Origin: Eledone cirrhosa
Lineage: Eukaryota
Reading direction: 5' to 3'
Length of the DNA stretch: 64,000 nt
Assembly: GCA_964016885.1 (NCBI GenBank)
Contig: OZ024740.1
Span: forward strand, 282,534,001 to 282,598,000
Made by a program: the position numbers and the translations under genes. A model generated the notes under the pieces. The model was not told the origin of the DNA and ran no database searches. It saw nothing but the letters and a program-made list of their open reading frames with translations. Shown here in pieces: positions 15,090 through 30,628 of the stretch. Within the stretch, counting starts at the first letter, position 1, and every line of letters starts with the position of its first letter.

Positions 15090-15280
15090 GGTGGTTGATT
15101 GGCAATGTCGGTAGAGGGTCGGACGCCATGCTTTGACGCATGGAGTTACGGTCCTTGACATTCTGTGTTCAAATCCCGCCGAGGTTAACTTTGCCTTTCA
15201 TCCTTACGGGGTCGATAAAATAAAGTACCAGTAATGCACTGGCTAATTGCTGGCCTTGTTCCAAAAGTAGAAACAATTAT
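15090..15280 (+). mobile_element. Dominant SINE copy
   Basis: High identity to other copies. Confidence 0.9.
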
Positions 15281-15609
15281 CTATATATATATATATATAT
15301 AATTAAAGGCATATATGCGTTTTGGCTAACGTTTTATGTCAATTCCTTCAATTCATATTTTCTACATAATTATTCCCATATCTACCAGGGCGCCGAAGCT
15401 ATTTTTTCCCTAAAATATGTCTCAAAAATTTATTTCGCCTCTTAGAGGATCAATATTACACTGCAAAGTACTGCAAAGTACTGCAAAATTCCGAGGACTT
15501 ATTTTTAATTTTTAATTCTCTTTATTTCTAATCTTCAAGTTAAATCTCTGATGTTTATTCGATGCCGGAAATACGATATATATATGTATCGACAGTCGAT
15601 CGACTTTTT

Positions 15610-15647
<38 letters not shown>

Positions 15648-15699
15648 AAAATTATAAAAATAGACAAAGAAGCCTTCAATACATCAAAAGTCTTTATTA

Positions 15700-15740
15700 G
15701 CCTACAATGTTTCGTCCCATTAATAAGGACTCATCAGGGC
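15700..15740 (-). ncRNA. Type I minimal hammerhead ribozyme
   Basis: gcc-CUGAUGA-gucc(uuauuaaug)ggac-GAAAC-auu-GUA-ggc, then AATAAA; in a TA-flanked island with inverted ends at 15647-15667/15793-15813. Confidence 0.9.
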
Positions 15741-15906
15741 AATTAAACAGATAAGAAGCATTAACGGCCAGAACAAGCCAAAACTCAGAAGAATTGTCTA
15801 TTTTTATAATTTTTCGGCTCTGTTGACATTGAGCTATATCCTATACTGTCATTTCTATAATACGACGAGTGTGTTTTACTCCAACGCACTCTAGTATTTT
15901 AATTCT

Positions 15907-15937
<31 letters not shown>

Positions 15938-16599
15938 GTATGTATGTATGTATCTATATATGTATATGTATGTGTGTGTGTTTGTGTGTGTGAGAACATG
16001 TGTGATTTTGTACATTTGATTAAAGGCTATTGAGTTCTTCACATAGAATTAGAGCGAGAATACATATTTGATAGTTTCTACAGCTTTGTGCTGGTCTACT
16101 AAATCTTAAAATAAATACTATCACATGAAACCACAATATGTTTGGTATTTAAAATGTTTGAAAAACATACTTGACAATCTTTTTTAAGAAAATGTTCATT
16201 TACGCAGAATTATTGCATCCAAGCAATTGAAAATATAGTTCGAATCGAGATTTGTACAAATCCCAGTATGTTGGGGCAACGCCTTCATTAAACTGCTACC
16301 ATGCTGGAGAAGTGGCTTTTAAAAATGGTTTTAATCAATAAACTGCGTCTATGCTGAATCACGGACTTGATTCGTGTTTTTTTTTTATTACGGGTTTTAC
16401 TCCTTAAAATACGGCCATGTTGGTATAAAGAGTGCAAGGTACTTGCAAAATACTGTACTGCTGACCTCTCTTTCAGCTATCATTTCCAACCACATCCTAT
16501 TCAGAGAGTTTTCTTGTGAAACGTAGGAATCCAACGTGGGCCAGGAAATTCCAGTCAGCTCTTTCCGTTTGTATTGGCGATGGCCTCACTGTCCCGTAC

Positions 16600-17370
16600 C
16601 TAGTACGCAGAACAGCTATGCAAATGCGATGACATCAAATGCAGTTCAATCTGCGCGACTACCGGTTCTTCCTTGAACCAAAGACGTCGCGTCTGCCTCA
16701 TGTCTACCTCATAGCTGAATTGCGACACGTGGCTCAGTTCGGTGTTCTCTTCCACAACTAGTATCCTTCTTGAAGATGTGTGCACCCGCATAGGATGGCC
16801 CTGTGCGTTTGGATGCAACACAAATGTGGAGTAATGTTCGCCGAGTTCAAATTACATCCACTCTCTTGTCACCAGAGTGCAGGTCGATTCACTCAGCAAG
16901 TCGCTTTAATTCACTACATCAGAGGGAGCCATAACACGGCTGGTTTATCACCACGACTCGAGCCTTTCAGCTTCAACCGTGTTTACTGTAATTGTCTGGG
17001 CAATTACAGTAACCAATTACAGTTGGTGTGGGGTAAATTTCTAATCTAGGACCCCACATGCTGCGACACGTGCTCCTTTTCCAACCGTGTCACTTAAGCC
17101 ACAAACCCAGATACTGCCTTCTATAACGCAGTAGGGCGAAATATATCTCAATACCTGGACTTGAGCGAATTTTTCGTTTTCGAGTCGCTCGCCTTTGAGC
17201 CCACGGGTCACGTAATGCTTGGACTGTCGTTTCCCCCCGCTAAATCGAGAGGAATGTATCTCGCTTGAGGAAGGAACCCAGTGAGGCGGAACCGCTGAGC
17301 GGAACGATTGATGCAGCAGATATCACTAACTGGTTTCCCCAACAATGCTTTCGCTATATTGTCAGCTGAA
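16600..17370 (+). mobile_element. Decayed CRE-clade non-LTR retrotransposon (zinc knuckle + restriction-like endonuclease)
   Basis: HKCG..LHPLSCHQSAGRF..LEP, WGKFLI*DPTCCDT, FESLAFEPTG, LMQQISL..NNAFAIL are collinear with the CRE C-terminal consensus. Confidence 0.75.
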
Positions 17371-18078
17371 ATATTGAGTTACCAACCGAGATATACTATC
17401 TAGACATGTGTGTAGAGTTTTGATTTACGTTTCCCTTTCCTGCTTTTTATTATTTACATTTTCACTACCTCTCTTTTTACTTTTATCCTATTTACTATTT
17501 TGATCATTTAAAATAAAATAAAGACTTCCATCATTGTATACTTTTCTGTTCAACAATAAAGTTCATTTATATAATTACACTAAATAAATTGTTTCTAATC
17601 TGTTTTTCCAATAACTATTGCCGTTCCTGGGGGCTCAATAATATACTACGTTTTCTGTCAGAAGTTAAAGCTAAAATGAAGAAATGCCAGTTAAAGTAGC
17701 ACAGCGTATAATGTCTCCTTAAAAGGCGCGCACATATGGAAAATTTAAGTTATCTAGGTTCACAACTATGCCCTACAATTTCGATCAATCATACATACTT
17801 TCACTTATATGTGTGTGAGTGTGTGTGCGTGTGTGTGTGTGTGTGGGGGGGGGGGGGGCTTAGTGTCAAAATAATAACACAGAGTAATGATACTGTACAT
17901 TAAAGATATATATTAGTTTAACGTTTGCTATGATAGGAAAAGTGTCTTAAACTTTCGCACGTTAATCCTTCATTACAAGATAGAATGAGTGATAAAAGAA
18001 GAGATAGAAAACTGATGAGGGCATGAAGAGAGAAAAGTCTTTTACGACTGGAAAGCATCGACTCAGACACAAACAGAG

Positions 18079-18123
<45 letters not shown>

Positions 18124-18154
18124 TACATACATACACACAAATACCCGCATTATA

Positions 18155-18218
18155 TATAGGGTGTATATACACCTTGATTAGAATGCTATTCAAATGCGTA
18201 TACATCTTTTGGGACACC

Positions 18219-18223
<5 letters not shown>
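18155..18223. mobile_element. Tiny Tc1/mariner-type MITE remnant
   Basis: agggtgt..acaccct ends flanked by TA; relative at 56405-56505. Confidence 0.55.
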
Positions 18224-18269
<46 letters not shown>

Positions 18270-18314
18270 ATAGAAAACGAAAAATCAGTGATGCATCTGA
18301 ACTCAATTTATTGT

Positions 18315-18402
18315 GTGTTACAAATGTTTCCCCGGCGGACAGCTCGAGACGCGATCATTGTGTGGATCTGTCTGATTCTGGACCCGCAGGTTCGACGGAC
18401 AC
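18315..18402 (-). ncRNA. Degenerate type I hammerhead with long stem II
   Basis: gugu-CCGUCGA-accugcgg..ccgccggg-GAAAC-auuu-GUA-acac, then AATAAA; homologous to 40409-40497. Confidence 0.6.
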
Positions 18403-18517
18403 GTCTAATGATTTCGGAGCATATTCTCTCACTCGTTATATATATATATATATATATATATACAGGGGTCACCATTCATTAAACCTAATATCGTCCTTGT
18501 ATTATTATAGTATTATA

Positions 18518-18960
18518 CTAGCAGAGGTACCCGGCGTTGCTCGGGTATTAAATAGCAGTTGTGTATACCATTTATGTCAATACTTCAGTGCTACTTCGAA
18601 AACTATACTTTTAGAAAATCAACGGCTTTTTCCAAAAGGGGGTTCCTGCCCCATGGGATCCCCTACTCAATATGTGCCAATTCTGAGAGTTCACATTCAT
18701 CTGTAGGACAAACGTAGCCCATGTGTCAAGTTTTGTGAAAATCGATTGCGAACTCCAGAAGCTATGACGTTTTGTTGCATTGCACTGCAGTGCTTCAGTC
18801 GACTCCAAGGAAGTGGTGAAAGGGGGTTATCTGCCGGGGGGCCCTATAATCAATATCTGGAAAAATGAAAGTGCTCATGACCATCCGGAGTACATAAGTA
18901 ACCTATGTCTTAAGTTTGGTGAAAATACTGTAGAAATGCATAAGGTTTATACATACGCGC
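18518..18960 (-). mobile_element. Non-autonomous Helitron/Helentron-like element
   Basis: Terminal CTAG with adjacent hairpin cccggcgttgctcggg. Confidence 0.65.
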
Positions 18961-18980
18961 GCGTGTGTGTGTGTGTGTGC

Positions 18981-19031
<51 letters not shown>

Positions 19032-20054
19032 TGTGTCTGTGTGTGTGTTTACACTCTGTCTAGCTCTACACCTCGATACTGACGTGAACCTAAACATCGA
19101 GTGCTCACCCGGGTGAACCGACAGTAACTTCACGTTACACTCCCTGGGTGTATATATATATATATATATATAACGAAGGAAATGTGGTAAGGAACCAGGT
19201 GGACCATATATATATATATATATATAACGAATGAGGTGTGGTAAGGAACCAGATGGACCATAACGCACCAAAGTACTCAATACTTAGGGTATATATATTA
19301 TTTAATATATATATATATATGTTATTTAATAGGTGTAAATCGAAATTTTAGCTGTTGTACAGCAAGTAGTATTCGATTTATTTGAGGCAACCATAAAACA
19401 GTCAAAGGAACGAAATTAAAAATAGTAGGTCCAGAGTAAACACAATAGTTATAAAGTGCGACACCAAGAAAAGCGATCAAAGGCACTAGCCATACATATA
19501 ACTGTTTCTACAATAGGCACAAGGCCAGCAATTATCCCAGTGTATTATTGGTACTTTATTTTATCGAACCCTGTAAGGATGAAAGGCAAAGTAAACCTCA
19601 CTAGCCATACATATAACACAACGAGGATAGATACAGAAAGGTAAAGGTGGTGAATTGGTAGAGGTTGTTAGAACGCTTGATTAAATGCTTTGCAGCAATC
19701 ATCTCGGTTCTGTAAATCCCACCGAGGTTAATTTAGCCTTTTATCTTTTCGATGTCGATGAATAAAATACCTTTCCAGCAGGGAAGATGAATCTCCCTCT
19801 ATATCTCTTTCTCACTTACTCTCTATCACTCGCATTCTTAGTCAAAAAGAAATCGGGTGTGTTCAAACTTGTAGAGGGATAGGCCCCACTTGGTTTTATA
19901 GAATCGCCACCCGCCACCAAAAAAAAAAAAAAAAAAATGACTTATCTCTATATGGCACTCCAGCGACTCTATCAGAAGATAAGGGTCCATGCACACACAC
20001 ACACACACATATATATATGAGGGGATAGGGGGATTCCTTGGTACAAAATAGAAG

Positions 20055-20116
<62 letters not shown>

Positions 20117-20764
20117 TTTGAAAAAGGTGAAGAATGACTTCACTCGTGGTTGGTATGCTTTAATGTGTTTGTATACACACACACATATATATATATATGT
20201 GTGTGTGTGCGTATCTCATATATGTGTGCGTGTGTGTGTATCTTATATATATATATGTGTATGTGTGTGTGTGTATCTCTTTGCATGTATACATACATAT
20301 ATGTATAAACATATATACATGTATACATGTATATATCAAATAGATAGATGTATAGGTATGAGTATAGTTGTATGTAAGTGTGTGTGTAAATACCTTGTTA
20401 AATGCTATTAAATGCTTACTGACATTTCTTAATATGTTCTATTTTTAGTCGTCAGCTAGTTTTACACTTCATCCTTATCAAATTTCTTATGTAATCGCTT
20501 TTTAATATTTTTGTTGTTGTCTTTGTCATTGCAATCCTCGACGTTGTTAACACGATAACGCGTTCCATTACATATCTCACGGCTTTTACAACTTGAGTCT
20601 CCATAGTTTTGCCATATGTCATATATTAATGAGTTTTATCTCACCAATGCAGAAAGCTACTACTACTACTATTACTACTACTATTACTACTATTACTGTT
20701 GCTGTTGCTGCTGCTGCTACTACTACTACTACTCCTATTACCTTCACCACCACTAATAATAATA

Positions 20765-21152
20765 ATTGTTTCTACTTTTGGCACCAGGCCAGCAATTAGC
20801 CAGTGCGTTACTGGTACTTTATTTTATCGACCCCGTAAGGATGAAAGGCAAAGTTAACCTTGGCGGTATTTGAACTCAGTTCGTAAAGGGACGTAACTTT
20901 GCTGCAAAGTATGACGTCCGACCCTCTACCGATACTGCCAATCCACGGCTTCTGATTTAGGCACAAGGCCAATAATGTTGGGTGAAAGGGAAAGTCGATT
21001 AAATCGATCACAGTGCATTACTGGTACTTTATTTTATTGTCCCCCACATCCTTACGGGGTCGGTAAAATAAAGTACCAGTAATGCATTGAGGTCGATTTA
21101 ATCGACTTTCCCTTTCACCCAAAATTGTTGGCCTTGTGCGTAAATCAGAAGC
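20765..21152. mobile_element. SINE cluster: minus-strand copy plus an inverted pair of SINE 3' halves
   Basis: 20765-20946 is a SINE on the minus strand; 20948-21043 is inverted relative to ~21056-21152. Confidence 0.85.
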
Positions 21153-21237
21153 CATTATTATTATTATTATCAGTGGTGGTGTTGGTGGTGGTGTTGGTGT
21201 TGGTGGTAGTAGTAAATAGCAGTAGCAGCAGCAGCAT

Positions 21238-21305
<68 letters not shown>

Positions 21306-21355
21306 ATAGTAGTAGTGGTAATGGTAGTAGTGGTAGTAGCCATACTAGTAGTAGT

Positions 21356-21428
<73 letters not shown>

Positions 21429-21480
21429 TTTGTGTTGCTGGTGGTAGTGGTGGTGGTGATGATGGAAGAAGAAGAAGATC
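21153..21480. repeat. Compound trinucleotide microsatellite (tta/ggt/agt/act/gaa)
   Basis: Seen directly. Confidence 0.95.
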
Positions 21481-22652
21481 ATATATGTTGTGACGGAATC
21501 TGTTATATTTAGCTATATGTACGAGTTTCAATTTACCCATTTAATTAATTACCTAAATGAATGTCAACAAGATGCAGGAACTCTATAATGTATTTTAAAT
21601 GATAGGGTGATTTAAACACCCGATCTTACTTACATTTGTCTAGACACAGAATAAATTACTGTAATATATTTTGTCAACCCCAGAGGGATGAATGGCAAAA
21701 ACCAACTGAATGGTATAAACAGACAACCTAGAGAAATAAATGAAACTACGAATTGTAAATCATTAAAACCCGGTATATTGCTACCACCGTCCATCTACAT
21801 ATCTCCAGTATAAGTAGCAATAAGCTATTGGGGTGTGGAATTAATTAATAAAAACGATATTGACGACAACATTAATTAATGCTTTCTAATTTAGGCTCGC
21901 AAGAGGGTGGTTGATTGGCAAAATTGTTAGATTTTTGGTAATTGTTCTAGCTCTTAACATTCTGAGTTGAAATACCTCTTTGTCAACTTTGTCATTCATA
22001 CTTCCGGGGTCGATAAAACAATGCATCAGTCAACTTAGTCGGACTCGTGCCTAAAGTAAAAATCAATTTAGAGGCTTACAATGTCAAAGATTTGTGGGGA
22101 ACTACAGAAAGACGAAGATAATACCACCACCACAGTAATTGTATGTTAATTAATTAATATCTACCCCGGAAGGAAGAAAATCAAATGTGGCCACGGTGGA
22201 GTTTGAACTCAGAATGTAAAGGCCGAAATATAATATCAGAAAGCATTTTGTCACAGTTTAACTATTCTCCCAATTTGCAGTTTGAACAAAGCCATTTATA
22301 AATACAATTAATCAACACAATAAGTTGCTGAAACGAACAACATAATATTTTTATAAAACGTTTATAAAAATGATTTTATGAAATATTCATAATCTTTTAC
22401 AATGGTCAAAGTTAATGTGCCGATGATTTATGCAGCGACCATTAATGGGGGCTCTGTACACTTCCATATGATGCTACCCCTGTAAAAATATTGGGATTTC
22501 TTGGACAATATATTTCGTATGAAAAAAAAAAAATTGAAAATAACTGATCTGATTTTCCGGGTTCATTGTATTAGGGTTCATTGAATTAGGGTTCGTTAGA
22601 GTTCATTTAGGGTTACCCTTCATTAGGTTGAACTTTGTTGTGGGTTCGGGTA

Positions 22653-23865
<1,213 letters not shown>

Positions 23866-26166
23866 TATGAGAGGAATATGCGAAATTAAAATGTGAATAT
23901 AATTTCCTGGGTATGGTATGTTCGACCGTTATAACAACGTAAATATGATAAAAGAGTTTTCACAAAAACATTGAACTCCTTTAACTAGACACAAATTACA
24001 ACTACTACAGGGAAAATGGGTATAGAGGTTGAGACTTTCACCTCTTTATTTTTCTTTATATTTAAGGGGCATTTTGGTTCATGGGAATTAAAAATGACTC
24101 TGACAGAGGATCGAAACTAGTTGTGTCAACCACAAATTTAACATTTACGATTACTGTTTGAGTTTCACACTAAATAAATCATTCACATGTATTTGCTGAA
24201 TACGTTTACATACGTTTACATATGTTTATATAGGTTTACATGTGTTTCTTATATAAACTTAAATAAAAAGAATATATTATTTTTCGACCGGCAAGTAGGT
24301 TTTTATAAGTATATATATAAATAGGAAAATTTTTATTTTTATTTTTATTTTCTTTTACGTTTGTGTTATTTGAAAAAAACTTTCAAATCTAAACTGGGAA
24401 TGGCTTCGACGATTCTACAGTAAAAAATATTATGAGGGGTTTTCTCTTACTTTTTTTCTTACTTTCATTCTTTCTTTCTCTCTATCTCTCTTTCCTCCTA
24501 TCTCTCTCTAAATCTCTCTCTCACACACACACACACACACGTACACACTAAGAACAAATACAACAAATACTTACCACCAGTAACACAAACGTTAATATCC
24601 AATAATAAATTAGTGTTCGTTTTTGTGACATACTTTTTGACATCGCATAGAATAGAGGAAAAAGAACAAACTCCAAGTACTTAGGAGTTTTCCACGGATA
24701 TATGCAAAAGAGCAACAACTAGAATCTGTAGCTACTGTTGTTGTTAATATGTTTAAGGTGTTGAATTTAAATTCATAGCATCAGTGATATTTATTGCCAG
24801 GTTATCTCATAAAAAGTAAAATACCGTCACCTTGTCTTGTGTTTATTATTAAAACGTGGGAGAGATTTCGTTGCTTTGTTGTGATTTTTATAGTGAGTAA
24901 CAATAATTTCAACAATCAGTCGTCTGTCGGTGAATGTTTGTTGATAAGAGCTATTTTACCACCCTCCCCCTGTCTTTCTATCAACTACTTTGTTGGTCTA
25001 TCCACCCACTGTCTATGCGTTGAATGGGCGTCAGTCAAGTAGCTATTGATAGTTGGAATTCATTCTTACTCCGATCTTCTTTCCCTTCCTTCTTCTAGGT
25101 CCACCTACACTTAAAAGCTTAAAAACACGTTTGTCTAATAGCAAACACTTTCTAGTTGTAGGTAGATATTTTCATTGAAGGCCACTACCACCACCACCAC
25201 CACCAGCATAAACAAACAAATACAACAACAATGAGTGTTTTAAGGTCATGTTTTCTGCTAAAAAAAGTGTTAGGTCCTATGATATGGAGTCCTTTTTGAG
25301 GTAACTACATAGACGCCCTTTCGGGCCCCAACCGGTTTAATCGTATCTCCCGACACGCATTACACAGTATTTCTTTTACAGTATTTCTATTACACAAAAA
25401 AAAGGAGAGAAAATAGAAGTAAAAGAGAAGTTGGTCATATTATCCTTTATTCAATATACAAAATCTGATAATGTCACGAAAGGCCAGCGACGTTATATAA
25501 CAATTATTGAGATGTATCTAATAAAAACAAAACACACTACTAAAGAAAAGAGAAAGGGAAGAAAGAAAAAGAAAAGGAAAAAGAGAAAAAGAAAGAAAGA
25601 TCAATCGCCGAAAGAATAGCTGGGGGCTGTCACCACACACCAATCTGAGCGGTGCCTTTTGCACTGCAGAGAATGGACTAAGATACCCGTTGGAACACCC
25701 ATCCGATTACACGGGGCTCTCTCCCTCGATTCGTTTTAAATTTATATTAAAAATAAATTATTCTATAGCTATGAAATATGACATTTTCGTCAAAGTTTAG
25801 AGTATTATATTTGTTAAAGTACCAGTAATGCACTGAGTATTTGCTGGCCTTGTGCCTAAAGTAGAAACAATTATATTTGTTATTAAATACATTTCTCTTT
25901 TTTTTTTTTTGTGACGGGGTTGTTTTAGAGTTTGGCATGGATCGATGATGGAATCCGAGCCTCAATCTTATGTATGTAGGCTTATATTTCATTGGAAATT
26001 AATTGTCATTAAGTTTCTTGCGATGTGTTCTCGAACTGAAAGCTCTTATTTGTTTTAATTTGGTCATGATTAGATAAATTAAACCTCCATTTCACCTGTC
26101 ACTTTTACTTTACTTTTTGAACATCTATGAAGATGAAGATTCAATATTCTCTGTCGTCATTATTTT

Positions 26167-26786
26167 GGATTGGCAGTATCGGTAGAGGGCCGGACGCCAT
26201 ACTTTGCAGCATGGAGTAACGGCCCTTTATTGTCTGAATTCAAATCCCGCCAAGGTTAGCTTTGTTTTTCATCCTTACGGGGTCGATAAAATAAAGTACC
26301 AGTAATGCACTGGCATAATTGCTGGCCTTGTGCCTAAAGTAGAAACAATTATTTAATAGGAGTGAAGGTGGTGGTTTGGCAGTATCAGTAGAGGGTCGGA
26401 TACCATGCTAAGCAGTATAGAGTTACGGCCCTTTATAATCTGAGTTCAAATCCCGCCGAGGTTAACTTCACCCTTCATCATTTCGGGGTTGATAAAATAA
26501 AGTTCCAGTCACGCAGTGGGGTCGATTTAATCGACTTCCCCTCTCCCAAAATATTGCTGGCCTTGAGCCTATATAAGAAACCATTATTTAACAAGAGTCG
26601 GTGGATTGGCAGTATCGGTAGAGGGTCGGACGCCATGCTTTCCAGCATAGTTACGTCCCTTTACGATCTGAGTTCAAATCCCGCCGAGGTTGACTTTGCC
26701 TTTCATCCTTACGGGGTCGATAAAATAAAGTACCAGTAATACACTGGGTAATTGCTGGCCTTGTGCCTAAAGTAGAAACAATTATT
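26167..26786 (+). mobile_element. Three head-to-tail copies of the dominant SINE
   Basis: Copies at ~26167-26352, ~26368-26588 and ~26599-26786. Confidence 0.9.
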
Positions 26787-27919
26787 TAACAAGAGTCAGC
26801 AGACCTGTGATTAAAAGTATTCAAGCTCAGCCCATCCGGCCATTTTCTTTCACTTAATGTGCGTTCATCGTGTTGTGTGCTTTTAAAAAGAGTGGGGTGT
26901 GAAATCACACCTTCCCGTTGGCACTATGAGACCTTTGTTGAATTTAAACATCAATGATCCCCTCAGGAAGATAGCCATAATTCAACAGACAAGTCAACGA
27001 AGTCACTGAGCTTGTTACAAATAAGTGTAAAATCACTCTCATACCACATACTGCCTTGGTAGGGTGTGATTTGAAAATATTCTCATAGGAACACTTAAAA
27101 TGGCTGGATGGTCATGACTGGAATGCTTTTGGCCGTAGTTCTGCTCAACGCGTACCAGCAACAGCAGCAACAATAGACAACCATCACGTATACACTTTTG
27201 TCACATGTGTGTATGGATATACCGGTATGGCAGGATTTGCGCTAGGAGAGCCGTTTATATGATATGATGATTCACTAAGTACGTCAGTAAGTACATGTGT
27301 ATATGTATGTGTGTATATTAATGAAAAGAAAACCATCCAAGCCTTTCAATTTCAATTTGTCAAATTACAGAGGGAGAAATTTAAGTTTAACCATTTAAAA
27401 GAAATAAAATGTGTATTTCATATGAGCTCATTCAATTATAATCATGAAGTATCAAATTTAATAGACGATCGTGGTTGTCGATTGAAAATAGGCCATTTTA
27501 ACAATAGATCATGTAAAATAATTGAAATTTTACCTATATCCGACAGATAGAAAACTGGTGGACGAGGAAAGAGAGAGATTGAGGGGGGGGGGGGGGGGTG
27601 TAAAGAGACAAAAATATCATTACGACTAGATAGAAGATAAAAGACGGATTATAGATGACTAAAGGAAAGATCAACTAATGTTATGCTCTTTTAGACTTCT
27701 GAATTGACATGTTAATACTTCGACAATGCTATACAAACACAAGTGGTTTTATACTACAATATAGCTTTATAATATTTCTATTGACCTGTGCCTTTACAAA
27801 ATTCTGTGACATGTTTGCAAATAAAATAGACGCGTTGTCTATGTATGTATACATATACAGACACTCAGACGCGAGCACACGCACACACACACATAGACAC
27901 ACACACACATAGGCCCACA

Positions 27920-28039
<120 letters not shown>

Positions 28040-28249
28040 AAGGCGGGGAGCTAGTTCCACAATAAATTAGCAAACCATATTCGAGGACATGTGTTTCACT
28101 GGGTGGATTTTCAACCTGTGTATGCCTGCGTTGAGAATGGATGTATATATTAGCTGACTGGATTCTGCACGGCAGATATCGGTAATTTGATGTCAAGGAA
28201 GACAACTCAATTTTGACTGTTGTAGAGGGACAAATTTCGTTTGTGTTAG

Positions 28250-29054
28250 TTCAGTCCGGGTTAAACTTCTAATTATTATTTGTCCTTTCTGTTACGCAAC
28301 AGAAACGTCATATACCTACATATGTTTTGACCTCCTACTGTTAATTCGGTTGAGGGGATATAACTTCAGCCTCATAGATGACTGCGTGTGTTACACTGTT
28401 TTTGAAGAGGGTATAATTCTGGCGTTCTGCAAGAACATCTGGGTAGGATTGGTGGTTATAGGGGCTTTCATAATTTTAGCACAGGAATATCTGAGTTTCA
28501 TCCTGTGTCTATTAAAGATATGTAAGTATTTATGTCCTATAGAGAAATGCTTGCCGAGGAGTGTCAAGAATTTCCTACCTACATTAGTTCTTACTTCAAG
28601 CGAGAAGAATGAACTATACCAAATTATTTTTTTATTTCTATTTTTCTTTCTACTGGTTGTGGGATTAGAAGGGGAGTAAAAAATTTAATAGGAGAAGCCA
28701 TTGTTGGCTAACGTGCCATTCTTTCAAAGATGGCCTTGTTAGAACAAAGATTAGAAATGCTAGTGCTGATGTTTTTAACGAAGTTTTGAAAGACCGTAGG
28801 TGGGGGACATAAGACCTTGTGTATACAAGTTAACTTTTTATTAAGTTTGTGGGAAGGTCTGAATGTGTCTGTGCGAAGGTCTAGGTTGATGTCTAAATAA
28901 TTTACGCTAGTCAGATTGGTGGCTAACTCATTGAGCGAATCAATCAGGTTTTTCCTAAATCGGTCAAGGTCGTGACCGATTTTATGACTCGATTGGATAA
29001 GACCGTTGTCGCAGTAGAAACCAGTGTGGAAATTTGAGAATGTGACTAGTAACG

Positions 29055-29111
<57 letters not shown>

Positions 29112-29310
29112 CTAACTAAATCGCATACACCAGCACTATCGAATGATCCCATTGAGACATCGAATAATTCTGATGTAATTGATGTTTTTTTACCCAGGCT
29201 ACATCATCATTGAAGTGGATGGTTTTCTGCAGTGCGTAAGAATATGTGGTGAACTCTAACGCTTTATCCAACAGAGTCACCGCGATGGACAGGTAGAAGG
29301 CCACGGTCTT
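28250..29310 (-). mobile_element. Decayed Penelope-like element RT and Cys-linker, split by (TA)n at ~29058-29108
   Basis: AFYLSI..LLDKALEF..WVKK, FDVSMGSFDSAGVCDLV, GFYCDNGL (degenerate GLYRDDGL), VNYLDINLDL, CSCK..YPLQKQC. Confidence 0.85.
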
Positions 29311-29384
29311 TAGTTAGAAATATGCTGGTGTTCCTAATTCAATTCAATTTTCAAATTCCATCGTTTTCTAATCACATGATGTTT

Positions 29385-29430
<46 letters not shown>

Positions 29431-29624
29431 TGATGAAGGGAAGTGTTAGTTCGAAATATTAGAAAAAAGGAACAACAGCAACAAAAACAAACAAAAGATT
29501 ACAGTCATCTTATCGTCTATTTTGCATTCTTTAGCCTTATATAACTTTCCACATTATAACACACACACATACACACGCACACGCACGCACACGCACACAC
29601 ACACGCACACACGCACACACGCAC

Positions 29625-29772
<148 letters not shown>

Positions 29773-30059
29773 CAGAAATCTGGACAGATTCGAGGGATGA
29801 GTCATATGCTTTGCAGAAAGTTTCAGTCTCCCATCAACTGATCGCTGCTTTCCCACATCAATCTTGGGTGGGATAGATGGCTTCTGAAGACGCCTTTTGT
29901 TTGGAAGATTGAAATCTTACTGTGCAGAGCAGTGCATGATCCGAGAGATAACAAGAAGAGTGAAAAGAACGAGTGATTTTTAAAATCTTTTAGGTGATGC
30001 CTACGGGTGAAGACATATTCAATCCTTTGATCTAGGATGCATCCATTCGCTGTCTGTGG

Positions 30060-30285
30060 CTATGCATTTTCTGACAGAGTCTCCAGTACCGAACTGTTGT
30101 GCAACATTGGTGGGATTGAGTCATTGCTGATGTAATCTCAATAAACATGGGCTGGTCATGTCCTACGGATGTCGGAAGACCGCACACCTAAGATACTGTT
30201 GTATAGTCAGCTCCAGGAAGGTGTGAATAGTGTGGGCAAGCCCCTACTCCGATATAAGTACAACGTACCTCTTTCTTCGTTTGAA

Positions 30286-30290
<5 letters not shown>
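30060..30290 (+). mobile_element. RTE-BovB-like LINE C-terminal fragment
   Basis: WAGHVLRMSEDRTPKILLYSQLQEG..GKP.LRYK. Confidence 0.8.
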
Positions 30291-30357
<67 letters not shown>

Positions 30358-30373
30358 ACAAGCGGTGGGAGGG

Positions 30374-30408
30374 ACCGTCCTGAAGATGGCCTGAAATACA
30401 TAGACGGT
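30374..30408 (+). ncRNA. Ultra-minimal type I hammerhead motif
   Basis: accguc-CUGAAGA-uggccu-GAAA-uac-AUA-gacggu; 6-bp stem I; inside a TA-flanked island. Confidence 0.7.
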
Positions 30409-30530
30409 TGTCCCTCTTGCTTCTGCTGGACACCACTAGAGGGTGTTAGCCCCGGTGTTTGCATAGCTACGGCTTCCTAAATACGAAATTTCTATACATA
30501 TTTGTATAAAGTTATGCTTGAAGCGGAATC

Positions 30531-30575
<45 letters not shown>

Positions 30576-30628
30576 TATATACATGTATATACATATATAC
30601 TATGCCATTATCTTATTAAGAATGGATT

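Noticed and set aside
24570-25740. Possible minus-strand first exon or promoter (gtaagt donor near 24570)
   Set aside because: No ORF or second signal; not supportable without transcript data.
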